NCBI GenBank assembly: GCA_022813865.1
Contig: JALDZX010000007.1
Span: 62,001-126,000 of the forward strand
DNA length: 64,000 nucleotides
Direction: 5' to 3'
Source of the DNA: Xylographa opegraphella
Lineage: Eukaryota
The notes below the pieces were generated by a model that saw only the letters and a list, made by a program, of their open reading frames with translations, was not told the DNA's origin and searched no databases. Both the position numbers and the translations under genes were made by a program. Below, in pieces: positions 37,971 to 49,778 of the stretch. The stretch's first letter is position 1. Every line of letters starts with the position of its first letter.

Positions 37971-38249
37971 GCTCAAGTCTGAATTGTCTTGTCCTGGTAT
38001 GGACCGTCACTTGCAATGCTGACGACGTCCGTAATTTTGTATTCTGGCTCATGAGAAGGTCTTGCAACATCTCGAGGCATCCTTTGCTGAGCTGACCAAT
38101 ATCTGAGGTTGAATTGTGCTTGCGATGCAGGCACCTCTGCAAATTAGGTGGTCTTCCTTAACTCTTCATCAACTAAGGCACTTCTTTGATTCATACTCCG
38201 CAGCATGCACTGGACGGTTTTTCATCCTTAACATCAGGTTCTGGAGACT

Positions 38250-39997
38250 ATGTTGACACGAGGCAGAATCGATACGATGCTGACACTCTCCGACATGCCC
38301 TCTCTGTTGACTTTTTCAGGAACTCACATTATGGGCACCGTCGGTGCAATATTTATCGTTGTGGGTATCTAAAGGATGGGGCGATCATTACTTTACAAAG
38401 CTAAAGTGAATCTCTAGTACTTTGTCGTATCCTCTATCTATAATATCTACCTCCACCCGCTGTCCAAATACCCCGGACCAAATTCAACGGCAATATCCCG
38501 CTTGCCTCTCATCTACTCTACGATAACGGGAAACACATGGCGCTTTACAGAAAAACTTCATGCGCGTTACGGATCGATCGTACGCATCGCTCCAGACGAG
38601 ATCTCCACAACCTCCTCTGGCGCCTGGAAGGATATATACACAACCAAACCACTCTTTCCAAAGGACCCATTTAGCCAAACGCCACCTATGAACGGAGCCG
38701 AATCGCTTTTTACCGCTGCAGGCGAAACCCACCACCGGATTCGCAAGAATTTCATCAACGCCTTTTCTGACAGAGCATTGAAAGATCAATCCCCTATAAT
38801 AGAGTCTTATGCCAACCTCTTGATGACGAGGCTTCGTAGAGAAATCATCAAGAGCCCGAATGCAGATGTGGACATGGCGAAGTTTTATGGTTATGCAACT
38901 CTTGATATCATCGCAGATCTGACGTTTGGGGAATCTTTTTATGGCTTGGAGGGCGATAACGAACACTCGTGGATTTTGGGTTTCTTCCTCGGCGCAAAGT
39001 TTGGTTCAGTGAGAAATAGTCTGAGCCGCTACCATCCTATCGACAAGATTTTTGGATGGATATTTCTTCGGTTAACGGCGAAAAATAGAGCTCGCAGTTG
39101 GCGGGTTGCGACGGACAAAATCTCGCGTCGATTGGAGATGGGGGACCTGGGCACTTCGAGATCGGATTTCATTACGCCTATCGTTGGTAGGTTGGACGAG
39201 ACGCAGCAGAAGGGTATCACAAGGAAAGAGCTCAACACCAACGGGCTTGCCGTCGTCATTGCTGGGTGTCAGTTAACGACTGTGGCATTAGCCACAGCCA
39301 CTTATCTGTTGATGCGTTACCCCGAGACTCTAAAGCAGCTCACCGAAGAGATCCGTGGGAGCTTTAATTTAGAGTCCGATATTACCATTCCTTCTACTAT
39401 AAATTTACCATACCTTGCAGCTGTTATTAACGAGACACTACGCATTCATCACCCCACGCCTATTAATCTGCCGAGAGTCATGCCTCCAGAAGGCCAGATG
39501 ATTGATGGCCACTGGATTTCCGGAGGGGTAATTATAATTTCACTTTTGGGTCGACTGTTTGGTTTTGTTCGTATGAGCTTAATAGCCGCTGACCTGCGTT
39601 CAGAACATCATCGGCGTAAACCTCCAGAATATTCAGAACGATCCCGCCAACTGGGTTGAGCCTCGAGTATTCCATCCTGAAAGATTCCTGCCCACTTCCG
39701 ATTCGAGATACGAAAAGCGTTTCGACAAAGACGATAAGCAGGCTTTCCAGCCGTTTTCAGTGGGTGGGCGAAATTGTATGGGCGGAAAGTAAGTCTTTCT
39801 TACAATATCTTGTACTCTACGGTCTAACTTCGAATAACAGGGTCTTCCTGGCTGAGGCACGAATAATTCTCGCAAAGATGGTCTGGAACTTTGATTTCGA
39901 GATGGTCGATACGAATGATTGGAATTGGATGGATCAGAAGGCCTACCTCGTCTTTGAGCCGAAGGCCCTGATGGTGCGGCTGAAGGAGAAGGCTTAG
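38250..39997 (+). CDS. Cytochrome P450, CYP65-like (4 exons), atypical I-helix
   Basis: LHPLSKYPGP, RIAPDEIS, TLDIIADLTFGESF, IAGCQLTT, ETLR, HPERF, and heme motif FSVGGRNCMG (in exon 39604-39788). Start could be 38250 or 38277. Confidence 0.9.
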
Positions 39998-40698
39998 ATA
40001 TGGCATAGAAAGGGGCTCGGCGGAAATTCAACATTCTCGGCGAGCCTGCTGGCTTTGTGTAATTATCCGTGGATGTTATCGTACAGATAATATCAAACAC
40101 CACATATATGCTGTACTAACATATGTCGATGTAGGCACTTGTCAAGAAATCTGAACTCATTATTTCTTTCGCTGTCGCGCATGTACCAAAGTAGCTCATT
40201 CAGAAACCCTAATTCTATATACTTACAAAAGCACTTTTGTACCTCAATGCGATTCTAGTTTGCAGTGTATATAGTAGAAGGTTGAAGCCAGACTATCTAG
40301 AAAGCAACGGTAATGCCCGCTCCTCCAAGAAGATACAACATGACGCTGGCTCTCAATTAGACCAGTCCTGGCCATGGGATAAAGGTCTGCTTCGCAGAGT
40401 TCTGTCCATCGTCTCCGGTACATGTTTTCATGTCTCCAACATATGAACTAATGCTGTCGATCCTGAGACGAGAATTTCAAGAACCACGCGAACTCAACGA
40501 CAAGAAGCTCAAGAGTATCCCTATGCCTCGTTCCTTTACTGCCGCTTAACGGTAACTTGCAAAGCGATGTGCAAACGAATTATGCCGATCAAGGTATCAA
40601 GTACGCCGTTGATAGGAAAGGACGTGGAACGCAGTGCGTCGATGTGGGGCAAACAAAGATCTAGCGATTCTTATGCAAGATAAGGCGCCTTTTCTTTC

Positions 40699-40786
40699 TG
40701 CTCCGAAACACCTTGTCAATATTCGGAGCATTTCTGCTGCGCCGAAAGTATTTCTCGCCTCGGCAAATTCGGAGGCAGCCACCGAA
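40699..40786. promoter_or_regulatory. Inverted repeat TGCTCCGAA-N14-TTCGGAGCA plus three further TTCGG/CCGAA sites upstream of P450-2
   Basis: Perfect 9-bp inverted repeat at 40699-40707 / 40722-40730; other sites at 40742, 40768 and 40782. Confidence 0.6.
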
Positions 40787-40961
40787 TCTGAGCGATCAAA
40801 TAATATAATACGATTGGAGCACATACCGCTCCGGTCATGTCGCTGTATTCAGCAGTGTTTCCCTGTTCTGTTCACTTCTTCTTTCTACAGGTTTTCGAGT
40901 TTGTGAAAGGGCGAAGATTCGCTGTGCGTTCCGACTTGGAGCGACTGAACCAAGTAACGCC

Positions 40962-42718
40962 ATGCATGTGCTCGATTTGATTATTACCTGGCCTTTGAGT
41001 ACCATAGCTGCCTCCTTCACCCTCTATGTCGTCCTCCTCTATGCCTACCGCCTGACTCTGCATCCGCTTGCCAAGTTTCCCGGCCCCCGCCTCGCAGCAG
41101 TGACCTTCTGGTGTGAGTTCTACCATGACTACTTCCGTGGCGGCCAATACCTCTTTCGTATCCGCGACATGCACGCCAAGTACGGTCACATCGTGCGCAT
41201 CTCCCCCGATGAACTACACATTGATGACCCTTCCTTTCTTCCCGAGTTGATGCCCGCCGGCGGACGTCGCAGGGACAAGTACAGGCGCATGATCCAGGTA
41301 TTCGGCTTCTCGCAGGCCGCAGGTGCCACCGCGGATCATGATTTGCATCGGACACGGCGAGCGGCTATGTCAAAGATGTTTTCCAAAGAATCCGTGCGGC
41401 GGCTGGAGCCGATCATGAGGACGAACTTCAATAAGCTCTTGGTTCGACTGAAGGAGTTCCAGGATAATGGGAGAGAGATCAGTCTGCTTCCCATGTTTGG
41501 GGCTTTCACCAATGATGTGATTTCCGAGTATGCGTATGGCTTCAGTCTGAATTGGGTGCAAGCACCGCAATTTAATAAGGTTTTTTTTGAAATGGTATGT
41601 ACCGGACAATGCGTATGAAAATCGACGACTGAACAGCTTGCAGATTGATGGTTTTCATGATCTTGGGCCTTTTGCGGTGCAGTTCAAATGGTTTATGCCA
41701 CTCTTCGCTAGTTTGCCTAGGTGGTTAATATTGAAGATTAATCCTGGTTTTGAGACTTTCATTAAGTTCAAATTGGTAATGATAACGACATGACCACACC
41801 GGCAACCAAGCTAAATTCAGTATAGCAACTGTTAGGCAACATTGATAGAGTTGCGAAGTCTCATGGCGAAGGAAAAGACAGCAAAACGGTATTCGACGAG
41901 ATCTTTGACAGCAAACTATCCGAAGAGGATAAGAAACCACTTCGGCTTCTGCAAGAGGCTCAAAACTTCTCGATTGCAGGCACCGAAACAACATCTTGGA
42001 TTTTAAGTGTGCGTCGTGCGGGAAGAGAAGTCTCTTGGTTTCGCAAAGCTGACCTATGGCCCAGATTATGACCGTCCACCTTCTTTCCACTCCACAGGTC
42101 CTTGCTAAGCTGAGAGCCGAGCTCACAGCGGCTCTCCCCGACGTCTCTGCGCCCCTCGTGATCAAAGACATCGAACAGTTGCCTTATCTCACCGCGGTCA
42201 TTACGGAGGGCCTCCGCCTCGCCATTGGCACCAGCCAACGGCAGACGCGCATCAGCCCCCACGAAGTAATGACGTTCAACGACGGCAAAAAGAAGTGGCA
42301 CATTCCTCCCGGCGTGCGTCTTCCTCATTCCGCTCTCGCTCCATGCACACTTTCTAACTGATGATTCTAGACTCCCGTGGGCATGGCCGCGCCCCTCATT
42401 CACCTCAATCCTGACATCTTCGCTGACCCTCTCACGTTCCGGCCCGAACGCTTTATCGAGTACCCCCTATTGAAACGGTATCTGATGACCTTTTCCCAGG
42501 GGTCTCGGCAGTGTCTTGGGATGCAGCTCGCCTACACAGAGATTTACCTGCTGCTCTCGGAGATCTGGCGCCGCTTCGGCAGCAAGGAGGATCATGGGGA
42601 GGACGGTTGGTGGGAGCTGTGGGAGACGGACCGCAGCGACACGGATATGGCCTGTGATCGTTTCGTGCCGTATCCAAAGGCCGACAGCAAGGGGATCCGC
42701 ATCAAGGTGCGGAAATAA
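40962..42718 (+). CDS. Cytochrome P450, trichodiene-oxygenase-like (CYP58/CYP682-type clan), 5 exons
   Basis: LHPLAKFPGPRLAA, EFYHD, RISPDELH, IAGTETT, EGLR, RPERF and FSQGSRQCLG. Confidence 0.92.
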
Positions 42719-44404
42719 GGAGGTGTGGAGACTAGATAAAACAGTGTTGCCATCAGTATTTAGCCTAAGCCTACCTACCTAGGCTGCTGTCGTGAGGCAG
42801 GCAGAGAAGTATACCTGAATACAGCAAAGATTCCTGCAGCAGTACGCGTTCGGTCGCTGGTAGGCGTTCATTACATGGAAGATATCGCTCTTCACATCAG
42901 ACGTGACATTCGCGCTAAGTCGAATGTCCTTGTTAACTCTTAGGTCCTGAAGCTTGTTTACACGCAAGAATACATCGTAGTGGTGATTGTTTCAGACCAC
43001 AGCAAAGATCGTTTTGGCCAACCTCGAAACTACGGATTGTTCACTCTCCCCTCTAGAGTGAAGCCATCAGTCTCAATAATTGGCCGGGCGTAGTTGAAAC
43101 GACGGAACGCGTAACCGTCGTTTGGGCCCGCTAAAGCCACTAACCCTTGCTGCAGATTCACGGGATCCTTGCCGAGGGCTGTGATTGGCTTCTTCAACCC
43201 CATCCCTTGGCCACAGAGGAGTCGTCTTTATCGATAGCATCCATAAAGCACTGGCTGCAAGCCCGTCGAGCCTGGCACGCTTTCTTCAAGCTCCAAGAAG
43301 CCCGTTCTTCTGTACAGTAGCCTCGCTTCCATTCGAAGCTCGTCTACCAGTCGCTATGGTCGACAGTACGACCGTCACGCATACCGACCTTGCTCGACAC
43401 TGTTCCTAATCGCCGGTTGTTTCCACATGCAGGCCCGAATGACTGAAGACTGGTGACAACCATGGCCGTAACCTCCGGGACCCTAGGTGGTGGAATTCTC
43501 CTCCCGTTTCTGTACTTGAAGGCCTCTTGATTGCTTCGCCTCCGAGGTTCTATGCCTTGTGTGGAAACACATTCACGCGCCCTTTGCAATAGGAGCGGGC
43601 CGCACAAATGCCTCTTCGCATCGTGAATGGTCCAGAAGGTTTCTCGTTGATGACTTGGCCCGTTCTATCGATTTCATCTCGTTTCACATGAGCTGCGACG
43701 GCCTTTTCGTCTGCAAGTTGATATGAGTACCGAGGATAGAATATAAAATCTAGCCCTCCCAATCTACGTCTCCGTTCCTCTGCGACCTCATTCCTGACCT
43801 CGTTAATCTTCTTTGTTCTCGTGCACGAAGGCCGGACCTCGTCCATTGTTCATTTATTTCATTATATTTTATTATACCACATTAGAGATTTTCAAAGCAG
43901 ACGAATCAGCGACGACTTGTACAAATAGAATTTTATATTGCATAAAGTATCTTGGACTGTATCAAGTACGTACTCTAGAGTCTTTGTTTTATTGTTTCCA
44001 TGTTCTTGAGAACGATACCATTCCCATTCATTAATGAGAACAATTGATCTTTATTGCGAAGCCTCGAGAACCTTTGTGGTATTCAACAATAGTGTTATGT
44101 TATTGTCGCAGCACATTCCGTTGTTCGCTCCTAACCTCGAGAATAAATATCCGCGCTTCCACCCCCACAGTTCTATATCCAGACACTTCGACTCACATCT
44201 TCACAACAGATTCATTCGGAACACTTCGTCACACTTTCACACACGCAAACTTACTACTTACAACTTTTGCAATCTTCAAAGTCAACCTCTTACTACAAAA
44301 CTTCGACACAGCAAACCAAGTCCCACAAGCCTCCTTACTTCAACCTCTACATCATATTTTTCAAAGTGCTTTCGTCGGGTACGAAAACTTCCGGTTTCAG
44401 CAAC

Positions 44405-45616
44405 ATGATATCGGGCAAATGCCTTCTCTTGGTTTCGGCCTTGGCGCTGTTTTCGACCGTCAACAGCCATATGATCATGAGTTCGCCCATACCATATGGC
44501 AAGTCGACCCTAAACAACAGCCCCTTGGCTGCGGACGGCTCGGACTTCCCATGTAAGCAACGCCCAGGCGTATATGACGCCGAAGGTGCCAGCAACACTA
44601 TGCCCATCGGCGTTAACCAAACTCTGTCGTTCATCGGTAGTGCTACGCACGGTGGTGGCTCATGCCAAGTCTCGCTCACCACGGATCTCAACCCAACAGC
44701 GTCCTCCACGTGGCAGGTCATCTACTCCATCCTGGGTGGGTGTCCTATTAATGCCGCTGGCAATCTGCCAGAGGATCCAAATGGCGACGGCGCTACCAAG
44801 TTCCAATTCTCCGTTCCAGAAGGAATCAGCCCAGGCAAATACACGCTCGCATGGACTTGGTTCAACAAGATCGGTAATCGGGAAATGTACATGAACTGCG
44901 CTCCCGTCACCGTGACCGCGGCCACCGGCAAGCGCGATACCATCAAAGCCGCCCCGCTCTCCAAGCGCGCTGATTTCCCACCTATGTTCGTCGCAAACGC
45001 TTGTGGCCACTGCACTACACCAGATGACGAAACATCGGTTCTGGTGTTTCCAAACCCTGGTCAATACGTCCAATACGCCGGCTCCAGCCCGTTCTTCTCG
45101 CCTACATGTGCCTGCAACGCTGCAGCCATGCAAACCGGTTCATTGTCACCTGCCTCCGCGCCAGCTCCAGGAGCGCCAGTATCCTCAGCCACTGTTTCCA
45201 CATTGGCCGCGTCGTCTGTCGCCACCTCCGCCGCTGCGCAACCCACAGCAGCTGGCGCTATCGCCTCCGCCATTGCCTCCGCATTCCCCTCCACCTTCTC
45301 GATCGTTGCTTCTCCCCCGGTGGCTTCGACAGCACCTACTGCCGCCAGCGCTCCGGCAGTTGCTTCCGGCTCCACGACCACGACTCCTTCCGCAGGCGCC
45401 CTCACAGGTGCTTGCACACCAGAAGGCCAATTCAATTGCATCGGCGGTAACTCCTTCCAACAATGCGCCTCGGGCGCATGGTCCATTGTCCAACCCGTGG
45501 CCTCCGGCACGTCCTGCACTCCCGGCCAATCAGCCAACCTCGACATTAGCAAGCGCTCCAATGTTCGTTTCTCCAAAGCACACATGGCGCGTCAGTACGC
45601 TCGCAGCGGCTATTGA
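44405..45616 (+). CDS. Lytic polysaccharide monooxygenase, AA11 family, with Ala/Ser/Thr linker and C-terminal Cys-rich chitin-binding-like module
   Basis: Signal peptide ending VNS|H (N-terminal His), DFPCK, ATHGGGSCQ, YTLAWTWFNKIGNREMYMNCA, and C-terminal CTPEGQFNC...FQQCASGAW...GTSC. Confidence 0.9.
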   Translation: MISGKCLLLVSALALFSTVNSHMIMSSPIPYGKSTLNNSPLAADGSDFPCKQRPGVYDAEGASNTMPIGVNQTLSFIGSATHGGGSCQVSLTTDLNPTASSTWQVIYSILGGCPINAAGNLPEDPNGDGATKFQFSVPEGISPGKYTLAWTWFNKIGNREMYMNCAPVTVTAATGKRDTIKAAPLSKRADFPPMFVANACGHCTTPDDETSVLVFPNPGQYVQYAGSSPFFSPTCACNAAAMQTGSLSPASAPAPGAPVSSATVSTLAASSVATSAAAQPTAAGAIASAIASAFPSTFSIVASPPVASTAPTAASAPAVASGSTTTTPSAGALTGACTPEGQFNCIGGNSFQQCASGAWSIVQPVASGTSCTPGQSANLDISKRSNVRFSKAHMARQYARSGY

Positions 45617-47162
45617 AGCCTAGTACCAGTCAGCTCTCATGTTTCCTTTGTCATGGATTAATTAGGGTCCGGATGCAAGGTTGGCGTTGGAGTTCTGCTG
45701 CATCTGTCGGAGTTGAGTAAGTTATCATTTACTGGTGGAGAAATTGCTTGATTAGATATGAATACACACATTCCTTTGACAATGACAGAATAGTGAATAA
45801 TCAGTGGTGAATTGAGTGAATCATGATGATGTGAATTAAATATACTTCAGAGTGAGTATCCGACATTACGCACAGAATGCTAACCATGTAGCATCTGAGC
45901 AATATCAAATCAGCAACTTTTCCTCTCCATTGTTCTCCTCCGCCCAAAGTGCCCTCCACTACCGTGCAGACAATGCATCTCCGAGCACGATAATCATTCA
46001 TGCGACGTGACCACCACCGTTCTCCACTCCACTTAGATAACCACGCATTCGATATGACTCCTTACACTAACCCGACCCCCTCGTCTGGTCTATCGAGTAC
46101 CTAATGACAAACCACACACGGCGCCATTACCATTGATGATCAAGCAAGCAAGAAACGAAGATTCGTGACTCATAACCCCAGCCGAGCGCTCCCTATGCCC
46201 GGGTCACTACCGCCCTCCGCCCAGACATTAGACACTCCATGGGAACTAACGCAGCTGCTCGCGGTCGGGGACAAGGCACCTGTCACCCACAAACGGAACA
46301 ACGGAATACCGGTTGATGAACATAAGAAGCGGGCCTTCTGGCCGGAAACAGCGTCGTTTATAAGTACGGTAGTAAAGGATGGAGCTAGGATGGCGCAGTA
46401 CCTGTTGGGCTAAGCTATTGATGATACAGTGTGGCGCTCATTGTATACTTTACTTTCTAATTGTAAACCATGACGGACTTGAGCGGGTCACTGATGCGAA
46501 ACATGGTCGGGAGCCGGAGGGGTGAAGAGCTTTAGTATGAGGCTTCAGGTGAGTTATACTATCAACCGCCCTGGAAACCCCGCTGTTGCTCACGGGATAT
46601 TTAGTATTTGAACGGTGGGCCTCTTTGGGAACCTCATGATACTTTCTGAGACAGTTAGCTTCCGGGCACGAGGGCGAAGTGATGGTGTTTGGGGTGATTC
46701 ATCCCTGAAAGGGGTACGGAAAATCGGGAGACGCATGTGCTGCACTGGTATAGAAACCGAGAGTTGTAGCACTTGAATATGGTTGCGTGGATGCTGCGCT
46801 GTGGGTCGTAAATGACAGTATTGGTGGATGGGAGGTGCAGTGGATGCAGCGCGGTGCGGTTTGGAAATGTGTGGGTAGAGAACGCATCAGAGGAGGTGAC
46901 AATTGGCTGTGTGGATTATGTGGGATGATTGACGATGGTAGGGAGATTGATGTCAACAAAGGACATGAATGAATAGTTGGGACAATGCAGAGAATATTTT
47001 GGTTCAGCACTTATGCAAGCTATTGTTGAACCCGAATATGATTTCTTACACAACTGAGGATCGGATAATCCGCACCGAGTCCCAAAATCCAATAGTGGCA
47101 AACACAAAGCATGGAAAGGCGCTGATAGATCGAAGCGATGACATTACAGCTTTGGAATAGTT

Positions 47163-49429
47163 TCAGGCTTCCAGTGCGTTCTTCAACTCTTCGAAATGTT
47201 GCTGCTGTTCCTGTGCTAATTTGCCTTCTGTATCTGCGATAATAGTGAGCACAAGGGCATAATTATTGGCCAAGAATCTTTCTCGTTTCTTTGTGTCGGC
47301 ACCCGCCCCTTTGCTGGCCTTTAAGAGGAAAGCTTCGTACTCATTCCTGAGCCTTCCCAAACTGTTGAACACGGGTTCATCGTCACCAGCCTCGTAGCTA
47401 ATTGATAATATGCCGTAGAGAAATTGGCCGAATCTCTGAGTAAGATAGTGCGGTGCTGTGGATTGTTTAGTCGCGTCAGTAGCGTTTCCGGTAAATGAAA
47501 GCTTTGACGCAGCACTACGGCTAGATACTGTAGTCGTTAGTAGCCGTATTGACTCGCAATGCAAGTCCATAGCGACCTGGAACCTTGGCCACAAGAGCAT
47601 ACTCGTGCCGTTAATGTAGCCATCTGCAACAGGCACCTTCCTCCGTTGTAGCTCAAAAGCGTAGTGCTGGTTAAGACGCACGCATAACAGGATGCCAAGA
47701 CAGTCAAATGACGTGTCAACGAGGTCTTTCACTAAGGAATGGCCGAGATTGAAAGTAGGGTCGAAAATTTCCGTGAACCTTCGAGACATTTGTGGAAAAG
47801 AGCTGAAAGAGAAGAATTCTGTCAGGAAAGAGTATTCGGTAGACACGTTATCTATCAGGGCTTGGTTAAAATTCCGGAATGGCGTTTCTATGTGGTGTGT
47901 GGCTTTATCCTCTTCCGCAACGTATGAAGTGATCACAGTTGCGTTGGGATTTTTCAGAATGTCCTTACGTCTACCGATATTGTTCGCATCATGGGTCGCC
48001 TGCGCTGGTCTGGTTCCAGGGGGTTTGGTGACTAACCATATCAGTCACGTATCTGCAGAACCAACACTGAAGTAGACATGCCTCGTTGAGTAGACTGGTC
48101 ATTGCCAAGTCCATCGTACCTATCTACGTGGTATAATACTATTTTGTCAAGGGCCTGGCGATAGCGTGTGAAATTGTTGAAATAATACCAGCGCATGGTG
48201 TTAATATACGCTTGGGCGAGATCTTCGGCCAATTGTTGATGATGTCTGGAAAGGAATCCATATAGCTCTTTGTATTTTAGTAATGTCCTCTGCTGTATAA
48301 TCTGAGCATTGATATTCGGAGACCGCAATGATTTGATCTGAGCTGCGAGATAATCACGTATTCTCTCTATGGCCTGAATACTCTCAATATCTTGTCTGTG
48401 AAAGAGAAGAACATCTTATAATCACGTACCTTTGCTGTCAAGTTGTCTAACAAAGGCTTCACATCTGTTATGGCTTTGATCACTTCGGACCCCTTTAGTT
48501 TATTTTCGACCACTTTCCACTTCTTTTCGAGCTCAATCAAGGCCTTCAGCCAACTTTCGTCAATAGGGCCTTCTGAGATTACTTTAACAATAGTAGGCGC
48601 AACAGAGATTTCTTCAACAGCAGGTCCCAGTAGCTTCTCCACAACTTTCCGGTTTTTTAGCCTTGTGTTAAGTGCACTTGATCTGTTCTGAAGAGTTTCA
48701 ATCTCGGCTGAGACATGTTCAAGGTCGTTTTGGAAGCTTGTTAAAGAGATCTCGACAGATTTTAGTACATCGTCACAAGCCTGGACCGAGTTAGTGAATA
48801 TGTACTCGAGTAATCGCACATGCTATAGCTTACACCGATCGACATATGCAGATCTTCCAGCTTATCTTTCTCCTTGTCATCTTTGTTTCACTCAGCAATC
48901 ATCAAAGATTCGTGTCTTGTGGGTGTACATACTCACATTCCTCGATTGACTGCATGCTCAGAGGACTAAAACGTTCCTCATATAATCCTTCCTTTTCACG
49001 GTCCGTGGTCTCGTGCGCGAACTCTTGCAAGCTCAGGCCATCAAAGGCAATCTCTTCCACGAGTTCAGCAGGCTTCGCAAGCACGGCTCCAAGTTCGAGG
49101 CCATTAGTGGCTCGGTCATCCGCGTTGAAAGATGATCCAAGTATCTTCCCTAGTATTGCCAATGGGTCTTCAACAAATTCCGGAGGGATGATTTGTTGCT
49201 TGAGCGTTGAGCCATTGGATATCCTAGCGGCACCCGGAAGTGAGGTATTTGATGTATTGGACCTCGATACTAACGACAAGGAGGAAGAACGAGTACTATA
49301 GCCCGGGCGTGCTACAGACCCAGGCGCCAAGTGCATAGACCGCTGAGGGGCAGGAGAGTAGGACCTGTTCTGGCCTACTGGCGGAGTTCCAGAGGGGGTG
49401 GGTTGGTTGGAGAGACGATCGAGCCACAT
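47163..49429 (-). CDS. VPS52: GARP complex subunit Vps52/Sac2 (multi-exon)
   Basis: MWLDRLS start; ACDDVLKSVE..LTSFQNDL..VSAEIETLQ, RSPNINAQIIQQ, AYINTMRWYY, RLNQHYAFELQRR, LLWPRFQ and ERFLANNY. Confidence 0.92.
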
Positions 49430-49778
49430 TGTGACGAGCTCCAGGGTTTCGTCAGTACTGAAGAAAAGTACTCAGTCATGCTTATCTGACTCACCAGAAT
49501 GCGAGTCAGGGTGCTCGACCATGGTGCTGTTCAATGCAGAGTTTCGACGGTTCTGAAGGAGCTCAACTCTTCGTTCAAGTGGCCCAAAGAGCCACTTCAC
49601 GCTGATTGGTCAAGCATTTAAGTACTAGTACCCCTCCCTGCACATTTCACCTTTCTCGAACATCGAAAAATCCATCCCACTTCTCCACAATCCCCTTCAT
49701 TTCGACAGTCCCTATACTCAATCTCGTTGCTACAATCCAGATAATCGTTCCTTTCCTCCAGTAGTCTCAACGTTCATT

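Noticed and set aside
14220..42718. Naming the locus as the atranorin or usnic-acid cluster and giving atr/mpas gene symbols
   Set aside because: The architecture is compatible, but the gene content is larger, the O-MT looks like a phenolic type, and orthology cannot be shown without a phylogeny.
46419..46494. Possible box C/D snoRNA (TGATGA...CTGA, ~76 nt)
   Set aside because: No convincing terminal stem and no rRNA-complementary guide that I could verify; an Infernal/snoscan search would be needed.
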